64,000 nucleotides of DNA from an uncultured Simplicispira sp. (GTDB taxonomy: Bacteria > Pseudomonadota > Gammaproteobacteria > Burkholderiales > Burkholderiaceae_C), in NCBI GenBank assembly GCA_964478155.1, contig CAYZGT010000001.1, positions 83,557 to 147,556 on the forward strand, written 5' to 3'. Made by a program: the position numbers and the translations under genes. Below, one piece after another: positions 47,381-59,105 of this stretch; the first letter of the stretch is position 1; the number at the start of each line of letters is the position of its first letter. The notes beneath the pieces were generated by a model that made no database searches, was not told the origin of the DNA, and saw only the letters and a list, made by a program, of their open reading frames with translations.

Positions 47381-49176
47381 ACAGCTTGGCTCCACAGCAT
47401 CAGGTGCTCAACAACAGGCCCCAGTGCCAAGGCAGGCACATAGTTCAGCAATCCGACCAACAACACCATGCCGATCAGCAGCACCACAAACAGCGGCCCG
47501 TGGGTAGGCAGGGTGCCTTCGGTGGTGGTGAGGCGTTTTTTTGCGGCCAGTGATCCGGCAATGGCCAATACCGGAACAATGATGCCAAACCGCCCCAGCC
47601 ACATGGCCGTAGCCAGCAATACGTTGTAGAAGGGGGTATTGGCAGACAGGCCCGCAAAAGCACTGCCGTTGTTGTTGGCGGCTGAACTCAAGGCATACAA
47701 AATTTCACTGAAACCATGCGGGCCAGGATTGGCGATACCCGCACGGCCCCCCTCTGTCATCACCGCCAATGCCGTTCCGAGTAGCACCAACAAGGGCGTC
47801 ACGAGGATGGCTATAGCCACCAGCTTCATCTCTACCACCTCGATCTTCTTGCCAAGATACTCTGGTGTGCGACCAATCATCAGGCCCGCGATGAATACCG
47901 CCAAAATGGCAAACAGAAGCATCCCATAGAGTCCAGAGCCGACACCACCAAACACCACTTCACCCAGTTGCATCAGGATCAGTGGCATGGCTCCCCCCAA
48001 AGGGGTAAAACTGTCGTGCATGGCATTGACCGCCCCGCAACTGGCCGCAGTGGTGATGATGGCAAACAGGGCAGAAGCATTGATGCCAAAACGCACCTCT
48101 TTGCCTTCCATGTTGCCGCCAGACTGGGTGCTGCTGGGGCTTTGGTCGATACCCAGTCCCGCCAGCACTGGGTTGCCCTGTTGCTCGGCCACTGTGGCAG
48201 GAATGACGAAGGCGACAAACAGGATCACCATCGCGGCCCATACGGCCCAGCCTTGGCGCTGGTCAGAGACCATGCGGCCAAAAACAAAACACAAGGAAGC
48301 TGGAATCAGAAAGATGGCCAGCATTTGCAAGAAATTGCTCAGTGGCGTGGGGTTTTCAAAGGGGTGGGCAGAGTTGGCGTTAAAGAAACCACCCCCGTTG
48401 GTACCCAGCATCTTGATGGCCAATTGGGAGGCTACAGGCCCCATGGCTATGGTCTGTACCGTGCTGCGCTGCTCTTGCAGCAGCGGCTGGCCTTGTGCAT
48501 CCATCATGGGTTGCCCATCGGTGCCCAGTGGTGGCGCTTGCCAAGTCACAGGCTCCAGCCTGGTTACCTCTTGATAGGGCGACAGGTTTTGTAGAACCCC
48601 CTGACTGACAAACACCAACGAGAACACCAATGACAGCGGCAACAAAATCCAGAGCGTCACCCGGCTCAGGTCTACCCACACATTGCCAATGGTCTGCGCC
48701 GAATGGCGGGCAAAACCGCGTATCAAGGCCAGCACCACCACGATGCCGGTGGCGGCTGACAGAAAGTTCTGCACCGTCAACCCCAGCATCTGCGTCAAAT
48801 AGCCCATGGAGGACTCGCCACCATACCCCTGCCAGTTGGTGTTGGTCACAAAGCTGATGGCGGTGTTGAACGCCGAGTTTGGACTGATGGCCGCCATTGC
48901 TTGGGGATTGAAGGGCAGGAAGGCCTGCCCCCGTTGCAGCCCATACACTGCCAACACCCCCAAGCCATTGAACACCAAAAGCCCTAGGGCATAACGGTAA
49001 GCATTGCTTTCGCGGTCTGCTTGCACCCCCAACAGGTGCCACAGTGGCGTTTCCAGCCGCTGCATCCAGCGGACACGGCCAGACAGGACGGCATCGATGT
49101 AGCGCGCTAAGGGCCGAGACAGCGCCAGCAGTACGGCCAAGAAAGCGGCCAGTTGAATCCACGCACCGGAGGTCAT
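47377..49176 (-). CDS. kdpA: K+-transporting ATPase subunit A
   Basis: TNTNWQ.Y.GE, TNGGG, SCGA, NNGS; start ATG 49176. Confidence 0.97.
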   Translation of the reverse strand: MTSGAWIQLAAFLAVLLALSRPLARYIDAVLSGRVRWMQRLETPLWHLLGVQADRESNAYRYALGLLVFNGLGVLAVYGLQRGQAFLPFNPQAMAAISPNSAFNTAISFVTNTNWQGYGGESSMGYLTQMLGLTVQNFLSAATGIVVVLALIRGFARHSAQTIGNVWVDLSRVTLWILLPLSLVFSLVFVSQGVLQNLSPYQEVTRLEPVTWQAPPLGTDGQPMMDAQGQPLLQEQRSTVQTIAMGPVASQLAIKMLGTNGGGFFNANSAHPFENPTPLSNFLQMLAIFLIPASLCFVFGRMVSDQRQGWAVWAAMVILFVAFVIPATVAEQQGNPVLAGLGIDQSPSSTQSGGNMEGKEVRFGINASALFAIITTAASCGAVNAMHDSFTPLGGAMPLILMQLGEVVFGGVGSGLYGMLLFAILAVFIAGLMIGRTPEYLGKKIEVVEMKLVAIAILVTPLLVLLGTALAVMTEGGRAGIANPGPHGFSEILYALSSAANNNGSAFAGLSANTPFYNVLLATAMWLGRFGIIVPVLAIAGSLAAKKRLTTTEGTLPTHGPLFVVLLIGMVLLVGLLNYVPALALGPVVEHLMLWSQAV

Positions 49177-49265
49177 GAAAAGTCTTCCGGATGCAGCAAC
49201 GCTGCAATCAGATAGCAAAACACGCCGCCAGAGAGCAGCAACGCCCACAGATCCCAGCCGGTCAT
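49173..49265 (-). CDS. kdpF: K+-transporting ATPase subunit F
   Basis: [30 protein letters not shown] with YL..ALL.PE.F motif; ATGA overlap with kdpA; GGAG RBS. Confidence 0.9.
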   Translation of the reverse strand: MTGWDLWALLLSGGVFCYLIAALLHPEDFS

Positions 49266-49363
49266 GTGCGCTGCTCCTGTGTTGCTAGGCGGAAGCAACC
49301 CTTGAACAAACCATAGGCCAGCAGCCAGAACATACCGGCCAGACCCAAATACAAAGCATCCAT
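49262..49363 (-). CDS. 33-aa hydrophobic peptide upstream of kdpF
   Basis: [33 protein letters not shown]; strong AGGAGG RBS; ATGA overlap with kdpF. Confidence 0.75.
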   Translation of the reverse strand: MDALYLGLAGMFWLLAYGLFKGCFRLATQEQRT

Positions 49364-49407
49364 CTCATCCTCCTATGGAGATGGCTCCATATTAGGAAAG
49401 ATGACAT

Positions 49408-49454
49408 CAAGATAGTCTCAAGAAAGAACCACGGGATACCAAGAAAGTCTCAAG
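49408..49454. promoter_or_regulatory. Candidate KdpE operator, two 15-bp direct repeats
   Basis: CAAGATAGTCTCAAG (49408-49422) and CAAGAAAGTCTCAAG (49440-49454); each has CAAG half-sites 11 bp apart, OmpR-style. Confidence 0.65.
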
Positions 49455-49512
49455 GGGGGCTCAAATCTGAAGTTCAACGGCTTTTTGCAACAAAGCCGCA
49501 GTGGGCTGTGGT

Positions 49513-49941
49513 TCAACCTGCCCGCAAGGGGTCGGTGGCCGCTGGGGCAGTCGTGGATTTAGCTTGTATCAGTTCGATTTTGTAGCCGTCAGGGTCAGTA
49601 ACGAAGGCAATCACGGTCGTGCCGCCTTTGACAGGCCCGGCTTCGCGCGTGATGTTGCCACCGGCTGCACGAATTTTGTCGCAGGCTGCATAAGCATCGG
49701 GCACACCAATCGCGATATGCCCATAAGCGCCGCCATGTTCATAGTGCTCTGTGCCCCAGTTATAGGTCAGTTCTAACTCCGCTTGGCCGGGGTTGCCACC
49801 GTCAAAGCCCAAAAAGGCCAAGGTGTATTGGTATTCTGGGTTCTCGGAAGTACGCAACAGTTGCATTCCCAGAACTTGGGTGTAGAAATCGATAGAGCGT
49901 TGCAGGTTGCCAACGCGCAGCATGGTGTGGAGGATTCGCAT
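49513..49941 (-). CDS. gloA: Lactoylglutathione lyase
   Basis: [29 protein letters not shown]. Confidence 0.97.
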   Translation of the reverse strand: MRILHTMLRVGNLQRSIDFYTQVLGMQLLRTSENPEYQYTLAFLGFDGGNPGQAELELTYNWGTEHYEHGGAYGHIAIGVPDAYAACDKIRAAGGNITREAGPVKGGTTVIAFVTDPDGYKIELIQAKSTTAPAATDPLRAG

Positions 49942-50103
49942 AGTGCTTCAGATTGTGCCGCGATTTTTTGACCTCAACAGCGGCGCTATTTTTTCACGCC
50001 AGCACCCATCGCCAAGCTGTTTTGCGCAGAATCTGTCTGCAGGCAGTGTAGAGTGCCAAGGTCTGCTTCTGATTCTCCCCCTTCACTGGTTGAAAGGTTT
50101 GCT

Positions 50104-51276
50104 ATGCCCCGTTCCACTGCTGCCCGCGCTTCTCGCTCCTCCGTTGCCAAAACACCCCGAATGCCCGCTAAAACACCGCGCCACTTTGCCGTGGTGGGGG
50201 CGGGTGTAGCGGGTATTGCCTGTGCGCGTACCCTGTTGCAAGCAGGCCATCGGGTCACGGTGTTTGAGCAGGCCGAGCGCGTGGGCGGACGCACGGCCAG
50301 CCATGAGTCACCGTTTGGCAGTTTTGATGCTGGGGCGCAGTATTTCACTATCCGTGACGAACGTTTTGCCTTGGCGCTGGATACGGTGCCCGGCCTGTAT
50401 CGCCCTTGGAGTGCCAATGCCATTCGGGTGTTAGATGCCACCGGCCATGTGGCCTCGCCCAGCCAGCCCCCCGGAGAGGCCCATTGGGTGGCCGCCCCGA
50501 GTATGGATGCGTTGGCCGCCGCGTGGGCCGAGCCCCTGCAACAAGGTGGGCACCTGCACACCCAAGCGCAGGTGGTGGCGCTGGAGCGCGACCCGATCCA
50601 CCCGCAGCAATGGCAATTGCGCATCCAAGGCCCAGCGGGTGCACAACAGGTGCTGGCGGGTTTTGATGCAGTGTTGCTGGCCCAACCAGCCGATTTGGCC
50701 CGCACGTTGCTAACCCAATCCGAAGTGGCCCCAGCCATGGCGGCAGAGATTGCGGGCGTGATTACCGCTCCGTGCTGGACGATGATGCTGGCCTTTCCTC
50801 AAGCAGTACACCCCGGCACCTTGGGGCCGCAATGGAATGCAGCACGCAGTACGCACCACCGCATTGCGTGGTTGGCGCGTGAGTCTTCCAAACCGCAGCG
50901 CGGCCTGATTGAACGCTGGACCGTGCAAGCCAGCCCGGCTTGGTCGCACGAGCATTTGCACGATGACCCCAGCCGCGTACAAGCCAAGCTGCTCAAAGCC
51001 TTTGCCGAAGTGACAGGCATTCGCGCCCAACCCCAGTATGTCGAGATGCGCCGTTGGGCTTATGCCCAAACCACCCAGCCGCTGGGCAAAACCCATGTCA
51101 TCGACACTGAATTGGGGATTGGAGCCTGTGGTGATTGGTGTCTGGGCCATCGGTTAGAAGATGCTTTTATTTCGGGCTTGGAGTTGGCCTTGGCGGCAGA
51201 CTTTGGTGCTAACTTCGAGCACAACACCATGCAAGCCATGCTGGATGCAGCCAAGGATCTTCCAGACGATCAATGA
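50104..51276 (+). CDS. NAD(P)/FAD-dependent oxidoreductase (renalase-like)
   Basis: [28 protein letters not shown]; start 50104 or 50161. Confidence 0.88.
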   Translation: MPRSTAARASRSSVAKTPRMPAKTPRHFAVVGAGVAGIACARTLLQAGHRVTVFEQAERVGGRTASHESPFGSFDAGAQYFTIRDERFALALDTVPGLYRPWSANAIRVLDATGHVASPSQPPGEAHWVAAPSMDALAAAWAEPLQQGGHLHTQAQVVALERDPIHPQQWQLRIQGPAGAQQVLAGFDAVLLAQPADLARTLLTQSEVAPAMAAEIAGVITAPCWTMMLAFPQAVHPGTLGPQWNAARSTHHRIAWLARESSKPQRGLIERWTVQASPAWSHEHLHDDPSRVQAKLLKAFAEVTGIRAQPQYVEMRRWAYAQTTQPLGKTHVIDTELGIGACGDWCLGHRLEDAFISGLELALAADFGANFEHNTMQAMLDAAKDLPDDQ

Positions 51277-52184
51277 GCAGCCAACGCGCTTACCAGGGCC
51301 GTTTTGCCCCGTCCCCTACCGGGCCGCTGCATGCAGGCTCTTTGGTAGCAGCACTGGCCAGTTGGTTGGACGCACGCGCTTGGAACGGCGGCCACGGTGG
51401 GCGTTGGTTGGTACGCATCGAAGATGTGGACACCCCGCGCTGCCAGCCCGGTGCGGCAGAGACCATCTTGCGCCAATTGGCCGCCTGTGGCTTGCAGTCC
51501 GATGGGCCGGTGCTCTGGCAATCGACACGCTCCGCTGCTTACCAGCAAGCCCTAGACCATTTGCTGGCCCAAGGCTTGGCCTACCCTTGTGCCTGCTCGC
51601 GCAAAGAGATTGCCGCCGTGCAAGCAGCGCAAGGCCATGCCCCAGAGCGCCACGCAGTTTTGCCTTACCCCGGCACCTGCCGCAATGGTTTGCAAGGGCG
51701 CACAGCACGCGCATGGCGCTTGAATACGCAAGCAGCCCTGATAGTCGATTGGCAGGATCGGCGTTTGGGGCCACAGCAGCAACATGTGGCGCAAGTGGTA
51801 GGCGATTTTGTCTTGCGCCGTGCCGATGGCCTGTGGGCGTACCAACTGGCCGTGGTGGTGGACGATGCCGCCCAAGGCATCACCCATGTGGTGCGCGGCC
51901 AAGACTTGGCCGACAATACGCCCCGCCAAATCTTGTTGCAGCGCGCCTTGGGTGTGCCCACACCCCAGTACCTGCACACGCCGTTGGTGTGTGATGCCCA
52001 CGGAGAAAAACTCTCCAAACAACACGGGGCTCCGGCCTTGGATGTCAGCCAGCCGCTACAAGCCCTATCGGCTGCGGCCCAAGTGCTGGGGCTGACAAAA
52101 CCGACATCGGAACACGCTACACTGTCCGATGCCCTGAACCTGTGGGTACAGGCTTGGTCGCATCTCTACAATCGGCCCCCGTGA
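51273..52184 (+). CDS. gluQ: Glutamyl-Q tRNA(Asp) synthetase
   Basis: [32 protein letters not shown]; about 300 aa with no anticodon domain. Confidence 0.95.
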   Translation: MSSQRAYQGRFAPSPTGPLHAGSLVAALASWLDARAWNGGHGGRWLVRIEDVDTPRCQPGAAETILRQLAACGLQSDGPVLWQSTRSAAYQQALDHLLAQGLAYPCACSRKEIAAVQAAQGHAPERHAVLPYPGTCRNGLQGRTARAWRLNTQAALIVDWQDRRLGPQQQHVAQVVGDFVLRRADGLWAYQLAVVVDDAAQGITHVVRGQDLADNTPRQILLQRALGVPTPQYLHTPLVCDAHGEKLSKQHGAPALDVSQPLQALSAAAQVLGLTKPTSEHATLSDALNLWVQAWSHLYNRPP

Positions 52185-52921
52185 CTGAAATTTCCCCTAC
52201 CCCTTCTTCCGCGTCTGACAGTGCTGCCCCTGCTGGTGTGGCCTATCCCAAGACCATTAAAAGTTTTGTGCGCCGCGCTGGACGCACCACTACCGGTCAA
52301 ACCAAAGCCTTTGCTGAGCTAGGGCCGCGTTTTATCCTGCCTTACAGCCCCCAGCCCTTGGATGCAGCGGCGGCTTTTGGTCGCGAGGCACCACTGGTAT
52401 TAGAGATTGGCTTTGGCATGGGCGAGGCCACCGCACACATTGCCCGCGTGCGCCCCAACGACAACTTTTTGTGCTGTGAAGTGCATGAGCCTGGCGTGGG
52501 TGCTTTGCTCAAACGCATTGGCGAGCAAGACTTGCACAACATCCGCATCTTGCAACACGATGCTGTAGAAGTGATAGACCATATGCTGCCTCCGGCTAGT
52601 CTGGATGGCATCCACATCTTCTTCCCAGATCCGTGGCACAAAAAAAAGCACAACAAGCGCCGCCTGATTCAGCCACCACTGGTGGCCAAACTGGCCGCCC
52701 GGCTCAAGCCTGGCGGCTACCTGCACTGTGCCACCGACTGGCAACCTTACGCCGAGCAAATGTTGCAGGTGCTGGGCATGGAACCATTGCTGCACAACAG
52801 CAGTCAACAAGCCGACGGCTACGCCTTGCAACCCGATTACCGCCCTTTGACCAAGTTTGAAAACCGTGGTCTGCGTTTAGGGCACGGCGTGTGGGACTTG
52901 GTGTTTCTGCGCCGCAGCTAA
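52181..52921 (+). CDS. trmB: tRNA (guanine-N7)-methyltransferase
   Basis: [24 protein letters not shown]. Confidence 0.96.
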   Translation: MTEISPTPSSASDSAAPAGVAYPKTIKSFVRRAGRTTTGQTKAFAELGPRFILPYSPQPLDAAAAFGREAPLVLEIGFGMGEATAHIARVRPNDNFLCCEVHEPGVGALLKRIGEQDLHNIRILQHDAVEVIDHMLPPASLDGIHIFFPDPWHKKKHNKRRLIQPPLVAKLAARLKPGGYLHCATDWQPYAEQMLQVLGMEPLLHNSSQQADGYALQPDYRPLTKFENRGLRLGHGVWDLVFLRRS

Positions 52922-52947
52922 AATCATTCATTACACACACCGATACC

Positions 52948-53964
52948 ATGAAGCCCATTTTGCAAAATTTGGTCGAAATGACAGGGCAGCGCGATCACTT
53001 GCGCCTTGAAGTTTCGGTGTTGTCCACCTTGCAAAAGTTGTCCAACATTGTCGAGGTGCGGGCGTTAGAGCTGTTTCAGATTGATGGGGTGCTGCACCTG
53101 CGGCCACGCACTTGGAAAGGGCCGCAAGACTGGGCCTCTACCGATACAGAGCCGAGCAAAGACCCACACCGTCAGCCCTTAGAACAATTGCCCGAGTTGT
53201 GCGCTTGCATCCGGCAACGCGAGAGCTATGTGATTGCCACGCCACGCCGGGGCCGCCATGTGTTGTGGTTGCCGGTATGGATGCACGACAAGGTCAGCAC
53301 CTGTTTAGAAATTAGCCAAAAGCGCCCGTTTTCGGTACACCGGCTCGAAGTCATTACCGGCATCTTCAACGTCTACCAAAACTACCAAAGCTTGCTGGAC
53401 TACAGCGAGCGCGATGCCCTGACCGACCTGTACAACCGCAAAACCTTTGATGAGCAGTTTGCTCGCCAAGCCTACAGCAGCCTCTCTGCGGTGGCTACTG
53501 AGGCGGACGCATCCAGCGCACAGCAATGGCTGGCGGTGATCGACATTGATTACTTTAAGCAAGTCAATGACCGCTTTGGTCACCTCTACGGTGATGAAGT
53601 GTTGATTTTGGTGGCCAATGTGTTGCGCAGCTCGTTCCGGGCGCAAGACCGGATTTTTCGGTTTGGCGGCGAGGAGTTCGTAGTGCTGCTGCGCGCGATG
53701 CAGTTGGAAGAGGCACGCAACGCACTCAATCGCTTTCGTGAGCGGGTGCAGGAGTACCCGTTTCCACAGGTGGGCCAAGTCACCGTGAGCGTGGGTTTTG
53801 TCAATGCCACCCAAGGCTCGCCGGTAGAGATTTTGGGCCAAGCCGATCAAGCCCTGTATTACGCTAAAGAGCATGGGCGCAACCAAGTCTGTTTTTACGA
53901 CGACTTGGTGGCCAGTGGCGATCTGGTGATCCAAATCGCCCACGACGATGTAGAGTTCTTTTAG
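52948..53964 (+). CDS. Diguanylate cyclase (GGDEF)
   Basis: DALTDLYNR, DIDYFK.VND.FGH, RAQD I-site, RFGGEEF. Confidence 0.93.
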   Translation: MKPILQNLVEMTGQRDHLRLEVSVLSTLQKLSNIVEVRALELFQIDGVLHLRPRTWKGPQDWASTDTEPSKDPHRQPLEQLPELCACIRQRESYVIATPRRGRHVLWLPVWMHDKVSTCLEISQKRPFSVHRLEVITGIFNVYQNYQSLLDYSERDALTDLYNRKTFDEQFARQAYSSLSAVATEADASSAQQWLAVIDIDYFKQVNDRFGHLYGDEVLILVANVLRSSFRAQDRIFRFGGEEFVVLLRAMQLEEARNALNRFRERVQEYPFPQVGQVTVSVGFVNATQGSPVEILGQADQALYYAKEHGRNQVCFYDDLVASGDLVIQIAHDDVEFF

Positions 53965-54725
53965 CCTTGGGCTGGTGCGTGGTTCGCCAGCAGTTGGTGG
54001 CGGATTTTTTGCATCAGCAAATCATCAAAGCTGTAGAAGCCCTTGTCGCATTGCGCCAGCTCTTGCAAGGCAAAAGCAGCCCCGGTGCCAAAGGCTTCGC
54101 GCCGAATCGAATCGTGGATCAGGCGCACGGTTTGGTGCGGAAAGCCAAAAATCACTTCATGGTGGCCGACAATGCCGCCCAACCGCAGCGAAGTGATGTT
54201 GCCATCTTCTAGTTGCAAAGACTCGGCAATTTTGCGCGCTGTGCCCGAGATTTCTGGCTTTTCACGAAAGTGCTGTTCTACCACTTCGACATCGGCAAAC
54301 GGCGCAATCTCGCGCAGCATTTTGGCCGCCAACATCAAAAAGTTGATGCCCAAGGTGATGTTGGGTGAACTCATCACACGTGTATCTTGGCCCATTTGGC
54401 GCAGGTAGGCCAAATGTTCTGGGCTGTAGGCTGAGATGGCACTGACCAGCATGATGCCGCGCCGACGCAGCACTTCGCCATAGCGATAGACTGCATCGGC
54501 CTGCGAAAAATCAACCACTGCCTCTACCGGATGTGCGTCAAACCACGCTTCCAAGTCTAAGCCTTCTAAGCCCACTAAAGGTACTTGATCTAGCTCCTCT
54601 AAGAGTTTGGGCGCGGCCGCGCGGCCCCGCATCACCCAGCACAGCTCAAAACGTGGATCATGGCCCAGCACATTGACCACCGCTTTACCCGCTCTACCAT
54701 AACCTAATACACCTATTTTCATCAA
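53961..54725 (-). CDS. Divergent DapB-like reductase
   Basis: GYGRAG, VVDFS, SPNITLGIN, EQHFREKPEISGTA, RLGGIVGHHEV. Confidence 0.8.
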   Translation of the reverse strand: MMKIGVLGYGRAGKAVVNVLGHDPRFELCWVMRGRAAAPKLLEELDQVPLVGLEGLDLEAWFDAHPVEAVVDFSQADAVYRYGEVLRRRGIMLVSAISAYSPEHLAYLRQMGQDTRVMSSPNITLGINFLMLAAKMLREIAPFADVEVVEQHFREKPEISGTARKIAESLQLEDGNITSLRLGGIVGHHEVIFGFPHQTVRLIHDSIRREAFGTGAAFALQELAQCDKGFYSFDDLLMQKIRHQLLANHAPAQG

Positions 54726-54824
54726 CTTTTTGCTCCTACTCTATGGGGGTTGGGGGGTGGCCCGCAGGCCGCGAACGTACCACTATAACGAAAGACACTT
54801 TTTGGTCATAAAATACTGCAATAG

Positions 54825-54848
54825 TTCAATAGTTGTTTAATTATTGAA
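54825..54848. promoter_or_regulatory. Candidate ArsR operator
   Basis: TTCAATAGTT-GTTT-AATTATTGAA, 9/10 inverted repeat just before gap. Confidence 0.65.
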
Positions 54849-54868
54849 TTGTTGAGAAGGAAAAACCG

Positions 54869-55912
54869 ATGAAAGTAGGTATCAATGGCATGGGTCGCAT
54901 TGGGCGTTTGGCCCTGCGCGCGGCTTTCGGAGCAGCAGAGCGTGGCTTGGACGACCCACGCGCTGGCAATCGCTTGCAGGTGGTGCACCTGAACGAAATT
55001 AAAGGTGGGGCTGCCGCTACCGCACACCTGTTGGCCTTTGACAGCGTGCAAGGCCCGTGGCGCACCCCTATTCAGGCCGAAGGGGAGCAGGTGGTGCGGA
55101 TTGGCGAGCAGCATTTGTCTTTTAGCAGCCATGCCCAACCCGCCGATATTCCTTGGGGTGATTTGGGGGTCGAGGTGGTGCTGGAATGCACCGGCAAGTT
55201 TTTAACCCCCGAGACCATTCAAGGCCACCTGCAACGTGGGGCTAAACGGGTGATCGTGGCCGCGCCGGTCAAGGTGGGTGGGGTGCTCAACATCGTGGTT
55301 GGTATCAACCACCAGCAATATGACCCGGCGCGTGATCAGATCGTCACCGCAGCCTCTTGCACCACCAATTGCTTGGCCCCGGTGGTCAAAGTGGTGCACG
55401 AGAACATCGGCATTCGGCATGGGCAAATCACCACCATCCACGACCCGACCAATACCAATTTGGTGGTGGATGCACCGCACAAAGACCTGCGCCGCGCCCG
55501 CAGTGCCATGCTCAGTCTGGCCCCCACCACTACCGGCAGCGCCAGTGCGATTGCGCTGATTTACCCGGAACTCAAAGGCAAACTCAACGGCCATGCGGTG
55601 CGCGCACCCGTGCTGAATGCTTCCCTCACCGATTGCGTGTTTGAGTTGCAACGTGCTACCAGCGCCGAAGAAGTCAATGCCCTGTTCAAGGCGGCAGCAG
55701 CCGGGCCACTGGCCGGTATTTTGGGTTACGAGGAGCGCCCCTTGGTCAGTGCGGATTACGCCCGCGATACGCGCAGTTCGATTGTGGATGCCCTGTCCAC
55801 CTTGGTCACGGATGGCACCTTGCTCAAGGTCTATGCGTGGTATGACAACGAAATGGGCTATGCCTGCCGCATGGTCGATTTGGCCTGCCACATGCAACAA
55901 GTAGGCATTTAG
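54869..55912 (+). CDS. ArsJ-associated glyceraldehyde-3-phosphate dehydrogenase
   Basis: GMGRIGR, ASCTTNC, AWYDNE; directly upstream of arsJ. Confidence 0.93.
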   Translation: MKVGINGMGRIGRLALRAAFGAAERGLDDPRAGNRLQVVHLNEIKGGAAATAHLLAFDSVQGPWRTPIQAEGEQVVRIGEQHLSFSSHAQPADIPWGDLGVEVVLECTGKFLTPETIQGHLQRGAKRVIVAAPVKVGGVLNIVVGINHQQYDPARDQIVTAASCTTNCLAPVVKVVHENIGIRHGQITTIHDPTNTNLVVDAPHKDLRRARSAMLSLAPTTTGSASAIALIYPELKGKLNGHAVRAPVLNASLTDCVFELQRATSAEEVNALFKAAAAGPLAGILGYEERPLVSADYARDTRSSIVDALSTLVTDGTLLKVYAWYDNEMGYACRMVDLACHMQQVGI

Positions 55913-55913
55913 C

Positions 55914-57152
55914 ATGAATGCCGCTGAGCGCCACTATGCGATCGTCACAGCCTCCTATTGGGGCTTCACGCTCACCGACGGCGCTTTACGCATGTTGGTG
56001 CTGCTGCATTTTTACCAGTTGGGCTATTCCTCGGTCACGCTGGCCTTTTTGTTTCTGCTCTACGAAGCCGCTGGCATTGCGGCCAATTTGCTGGGCGGCT
56101 GGCTGGCCACGCGCTACGGCATCACCCGCATGTTGACGGTGGGGCTGGTGATGCAAATTACCGGTTTCACCCTGCTGTCGCTGCTCAATCCGGCCTGGAC
56201 GGCAGCCATGTCGGTGGCTTGGGTGGTGCTGGCACAGGGCGTTTGCGGTGTGGCCAAAGATTTGACCAAAACCGCCAGCAAATCGGCCATTAAGGTCACG
56301 CAGGCCCAAGCCAAAGCGCAGGGCACGGGCCAATTGTTCCGCTGGGTGGCGTGGTTTACTGGCAGCAAAAATGCCATGAAGGGCATTGGCTTCTTTTTAG
56401 GGGGCTTGCTGTTGCAAACACTGGGTTTCCAAGCCTCGCTCTGGGCGATGGCGGCTTTGCTGGCGCTGGTGTTGCTGGGCGTTGTCACCTCGTTGCCACA
56501 GATGATGGGCAAGAGCAAAGCTTCCAGCTCGGCTAAAGAGTTGTTTGCCAAAAATGCCGGTATCAATGCCTTGGCAGCGGCCCGGGTGGTGTTGTTTGGT
56601 GCGCGTGATGTCTGGTTTGTGGTCAGTTTGCCGGTGTTTTTGTATTCGGTGGGCTGGAATTTCACCATGGTGGGCAGTTTTTTGGCGGCTTGGACGATCG
56701 GCTACGGCTTGGTGCAGGCACTGGCACCAAATCTGGTACGGCGCAGCAGCGATGGACTGAGCAGTGAAGTGCCAGCAGCGCGCTGGTGGTCGGCTTTGCT
56801 GGCCCTGATTCCGGTCGGGCTGGCCTTGGCCGTGGCATTCCAAGCGCCCGCCTTAGAGTGGGTGGTGGTGGGCGGGCTGTGTCTGTTTGGTTTTGCCTTT
56901 GCCGTCAATTCTTCGGTGCATTCGTATTTGATTTTGGCCTATGCAGGCTCCGAGAAGGCGGCAGAAGATGTCGGCTTTTATTACGCGGCCAATGCCCTCG
57001 GGCGTTTTGTCGGCACGTTGCTGTCGGGGTTGCTGTACCAATGGGGTGGCTTGCTCTATGCCCTGATAGGCTCGGCCCTGATGCTAGGGCTGTGTTGGTT
57101 GGCCACACTGGCCCTGCCTTTATCAAAAGAAACCAGCAACCATCATGAATGA
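55914..57152 (+). CDS. arsJ: Organoarsenical efflux MFS transporter
   Basis: YWGFTLTDGALRMLVLLHF, TGSKNA.KG.GFF, FGARDVWFVV, VNSSVHSY, GFYY.ANA. Confidence 0.95.
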   Translation: MNAAERHYAIVTASYWGFTLTDGALRMLVLLHFYQLGYSSVTLAFLFLLYEAAGIAANLLGGWLATRYGITRMLTVGLVMQITGFTLLSLLNPAWTAAMSVAWVVLAQGVCGVAKDLTKTASKSAIKVTQAQAKAQGTGQLFRWVAWFTGSKNAMKGIGFFLGGLLLQTLGFQASLWAMAALLALVLLGVVTSLPQMMGKSKASSSAKELFAKNAGINALAAARVVLFGARDVWFVVSLPVFLYSVGWNFTMVGSFLAAWTIGYGLVQALAPNLVRRSSDGLSSEVPAARWWSALLALIPVGLALAVAFQAPALEWVVVGGLCLFGFAFAVNSSVHSYLILAYAGSEKAAEDVGFYYAANALGRFVGTLLSGLLYQWGGLLYALIGSALMLGLCWLATLALPLSKETSNHHE

Positions 57153-58002
57153 AGCACAAGTGGTACGCGCCTTGGGCGCTTTGGCACAAGAAACCCGGCT
57201 GCGCCTGTTTAGGCTGCTGGTGGTGGCTGGGCCGCAAGGCTTAACCCCCGGCAGCATGGCCGAGTGCTTAGGTGCCTCGGCTACGGTGTTGTCCTTTCAC
57301 CTGAAAGAGTTGCACGCCGCTGGCTTGGTACAGGTGCAGCGCCAAGGCCGACACCAAATCTACCGCGCCGCCATCACCTCGATGAATGAATTGCTCTCGT
57401 ACCTGACAGCGCATTGTTGCCAAGGTGAAGCGTGCCTAGAAACCCCTTTGCTGGCCTGCACGGCCTGCGAAGTTCCATCTACCCCAGAAAGCCTCCTTAC
57501 TATGTCGGCCCCTGTTTACAACGTGCTGTTTATTTGTACGCACAATTCTGCCCGCAGCATCATGGCCGAGGCCCTGCTTAACCACTTGGGCGGCGGCAAG
57601 TTTCGCGCCTACAGTGCCGGTAGCCGTCCGGCCAGCCAGGTGCATCCACAAGCGTTGGCCTTGCTGCAACGCCACCATATCCCCACCGAAGGGCTGCGCA
57701 GCAAAGATTGGCAAGAATTCGCCCAGCCCAATGCACCGCAGATGGATTTTGTCTTGACGGTGTGCGACCAAGCGGCGGGTGAAGTCTGCCCCTTCTGGCC
57801 GGGCCAACCGATGTCGGCCCATTGGGGCTTGCAAGACCCCACCAGTGTGCCCACCAGCCCCGAGAACGTGGACAAAGCCTTTAGCGAGGTTTTCCGCTTG
57901 CTGCACCGGCGTATCTCGCTGTTTTTGAGTTTGCCCCTGAGCAAGCTCGATCAGCTCTCACTGCAACAAGAGTTGGGCCATATTGGCCATACCTGCGACT
58001 GA
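57145..58002 (+). CDS. ArsR repressor fused to a thioredoxin-type (LMW-PTP) arsenate reductase ArsC
   Basis: N-half ALAQETRL..LSFHLKEL..HCCQGEAC; C-half CTHNSARS, TVCDQAAGEVCP, HWG..DP; single frame. Confidence 0.88.
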   Translation: MNEAQVVRALGALAQETRLRLFRLLVVAGPQGLTPGSMAECLGASATVLSFHLKELHAAGLVQVQRQGRHQIYRAAITSMNELLSYLTAHCCQGEACLETPLLACTACEVPSTPESLLTMSAPVYNVLFICTHNSARSIMAEALLNHLGGGKFRAYSAGSRPASQVHPQALALLQRHHIPTEGLRSKDWQEFAQPNAPQMDFVLTVCDQAAGEVCPFWPGQPMSAHWGLQDPTSVPTSPENVDKAFSEVFRLLHRRISLFLSLPLSKLDQLSLQQELGHIGHTCD

Positions 58003-58014
58003 TAGGGCTAAGAG

Positions 58015-59046
58015 ATGGGTTTATTTGAGCGTTACTTGACCCTTTGGGTTGCCTTGGGCATTGGGGCTGGTGTGGCCTTGGGTCTGATGCTGCCCGGCCT
58101 GTTCCAAGCGGTTGCGGCTGTCGAGTTTGCCCAAGTCAACTTGGTGGTGGCGCTGTTCGTCTGGGTGATGATTTACCCCATGATGATCCAAATTGACTGG
58201 GCCGCCGTCAAAGATGTGGGCAAAAAGCCGCAAGGGTTGGTGCTGACCTTGGTGGTGAATTGGCTCATCAAACCGTTCACGATGGCAGCCTTGGGCGTGC
58301 TGTTTTTTCAATCTCTGTTTGCACCGTGGGTCGATCCGCAATCGGCCAGCGAATACATCGCTGGCATGATTTTGCTGGGCGTGGCCCCTTGCACGGCCAT
58401 GGTGTTTGTTTGGAGCCAATTGGTCAAGGGCGATGCCAATTACACGCTGGTGCAAGTCTCCATCAATGACTTGATTATGGTGGTGGCCTTTGCACCGATT
58501 GCCGCCTTTTTGCTGGGCGTGACCAATGTGACCGTACCTTGGGAGACGCTGTTGCTCTCGACCGTGCTGTATGTGGTGTTGCCGCTGCTGGCGGGCATGG
58601 CAACGCGCCATGTATTGCAGCAGCGCTCGGCACACGCCGTGACGGATTTTGTGGCACGGATGAAGCCGTGGTCGATTGCTGGCTTGATTGCCACTGTAGT
58701 GCTGCTGTTTGGCTTTCAGGCAGGCACGATTGTGGCCCAGCCGCTGGTGATTGCCATGATTGCCGTGCCGTTGGTATTGCAAAGCTATGGCATCTTTTTT
58801 ATCGCGTGGTGGGGTGCGCGCTGGCTCAAATTGCCGCATGATGTAGCCGGGCCTGCGTGTTTGATTGGCACATCTAACTTTTTTGAGTTGGCTGTGGCGG
58901 TCGCCATCTCGCTGTTTGGCTTGAACTCGGGCGCAGCACTGGCTACAGTGGTAGGCGTGTTGGTCGAAGTGCCCGTGATGCTGTCGTTGGTCGCTATGGT
59001 GAATGCTTGGCAGCCACCACGGCCAGCGGGCAGCGCAGGCCAGTAG
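58015..59046 (+). CDS. acr3: Acr3 arsenite efflux pump
   Basis: [42 protein letters not shown]. Confidence 0.96.
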   Translation: MGLFERYLTLWVALGIGAGVALGLMLPGLFQAVAAVEFAQVNLVVALFVWVMIYPMMIQIDWAAVKDVGKKPQGLVLTLVVNWLIKPFTMAALGVLFFQSLFAPWVDPQSASEYIAGMILLGVAPCTAMVFVWSQLVKGDANYTLVQVSINDLIMVVAFAPIAAFLLGVTNVTVPWETLLLSTVLYVVLPLLAGMATRHVLQQRSAHAVTDFVARMKPWSIAGLIATVVLLFGFQAGTIVAQPLVIAMIAVPLVLQSYGIFFIAWWGARWLKLPHDVAGPACLIGTSNFFELAVAVAISLFGLNSGAALATVVGVLVEVPVMLSLVAMVNAWQPPRPAGSAGQ

Positions 59047-59105
59047 CCTGGCCGTGACAGCAGGCCCAGCACGGTGCAGTCAGCACTATTTCAAGGAGTC
59101 GCGAC

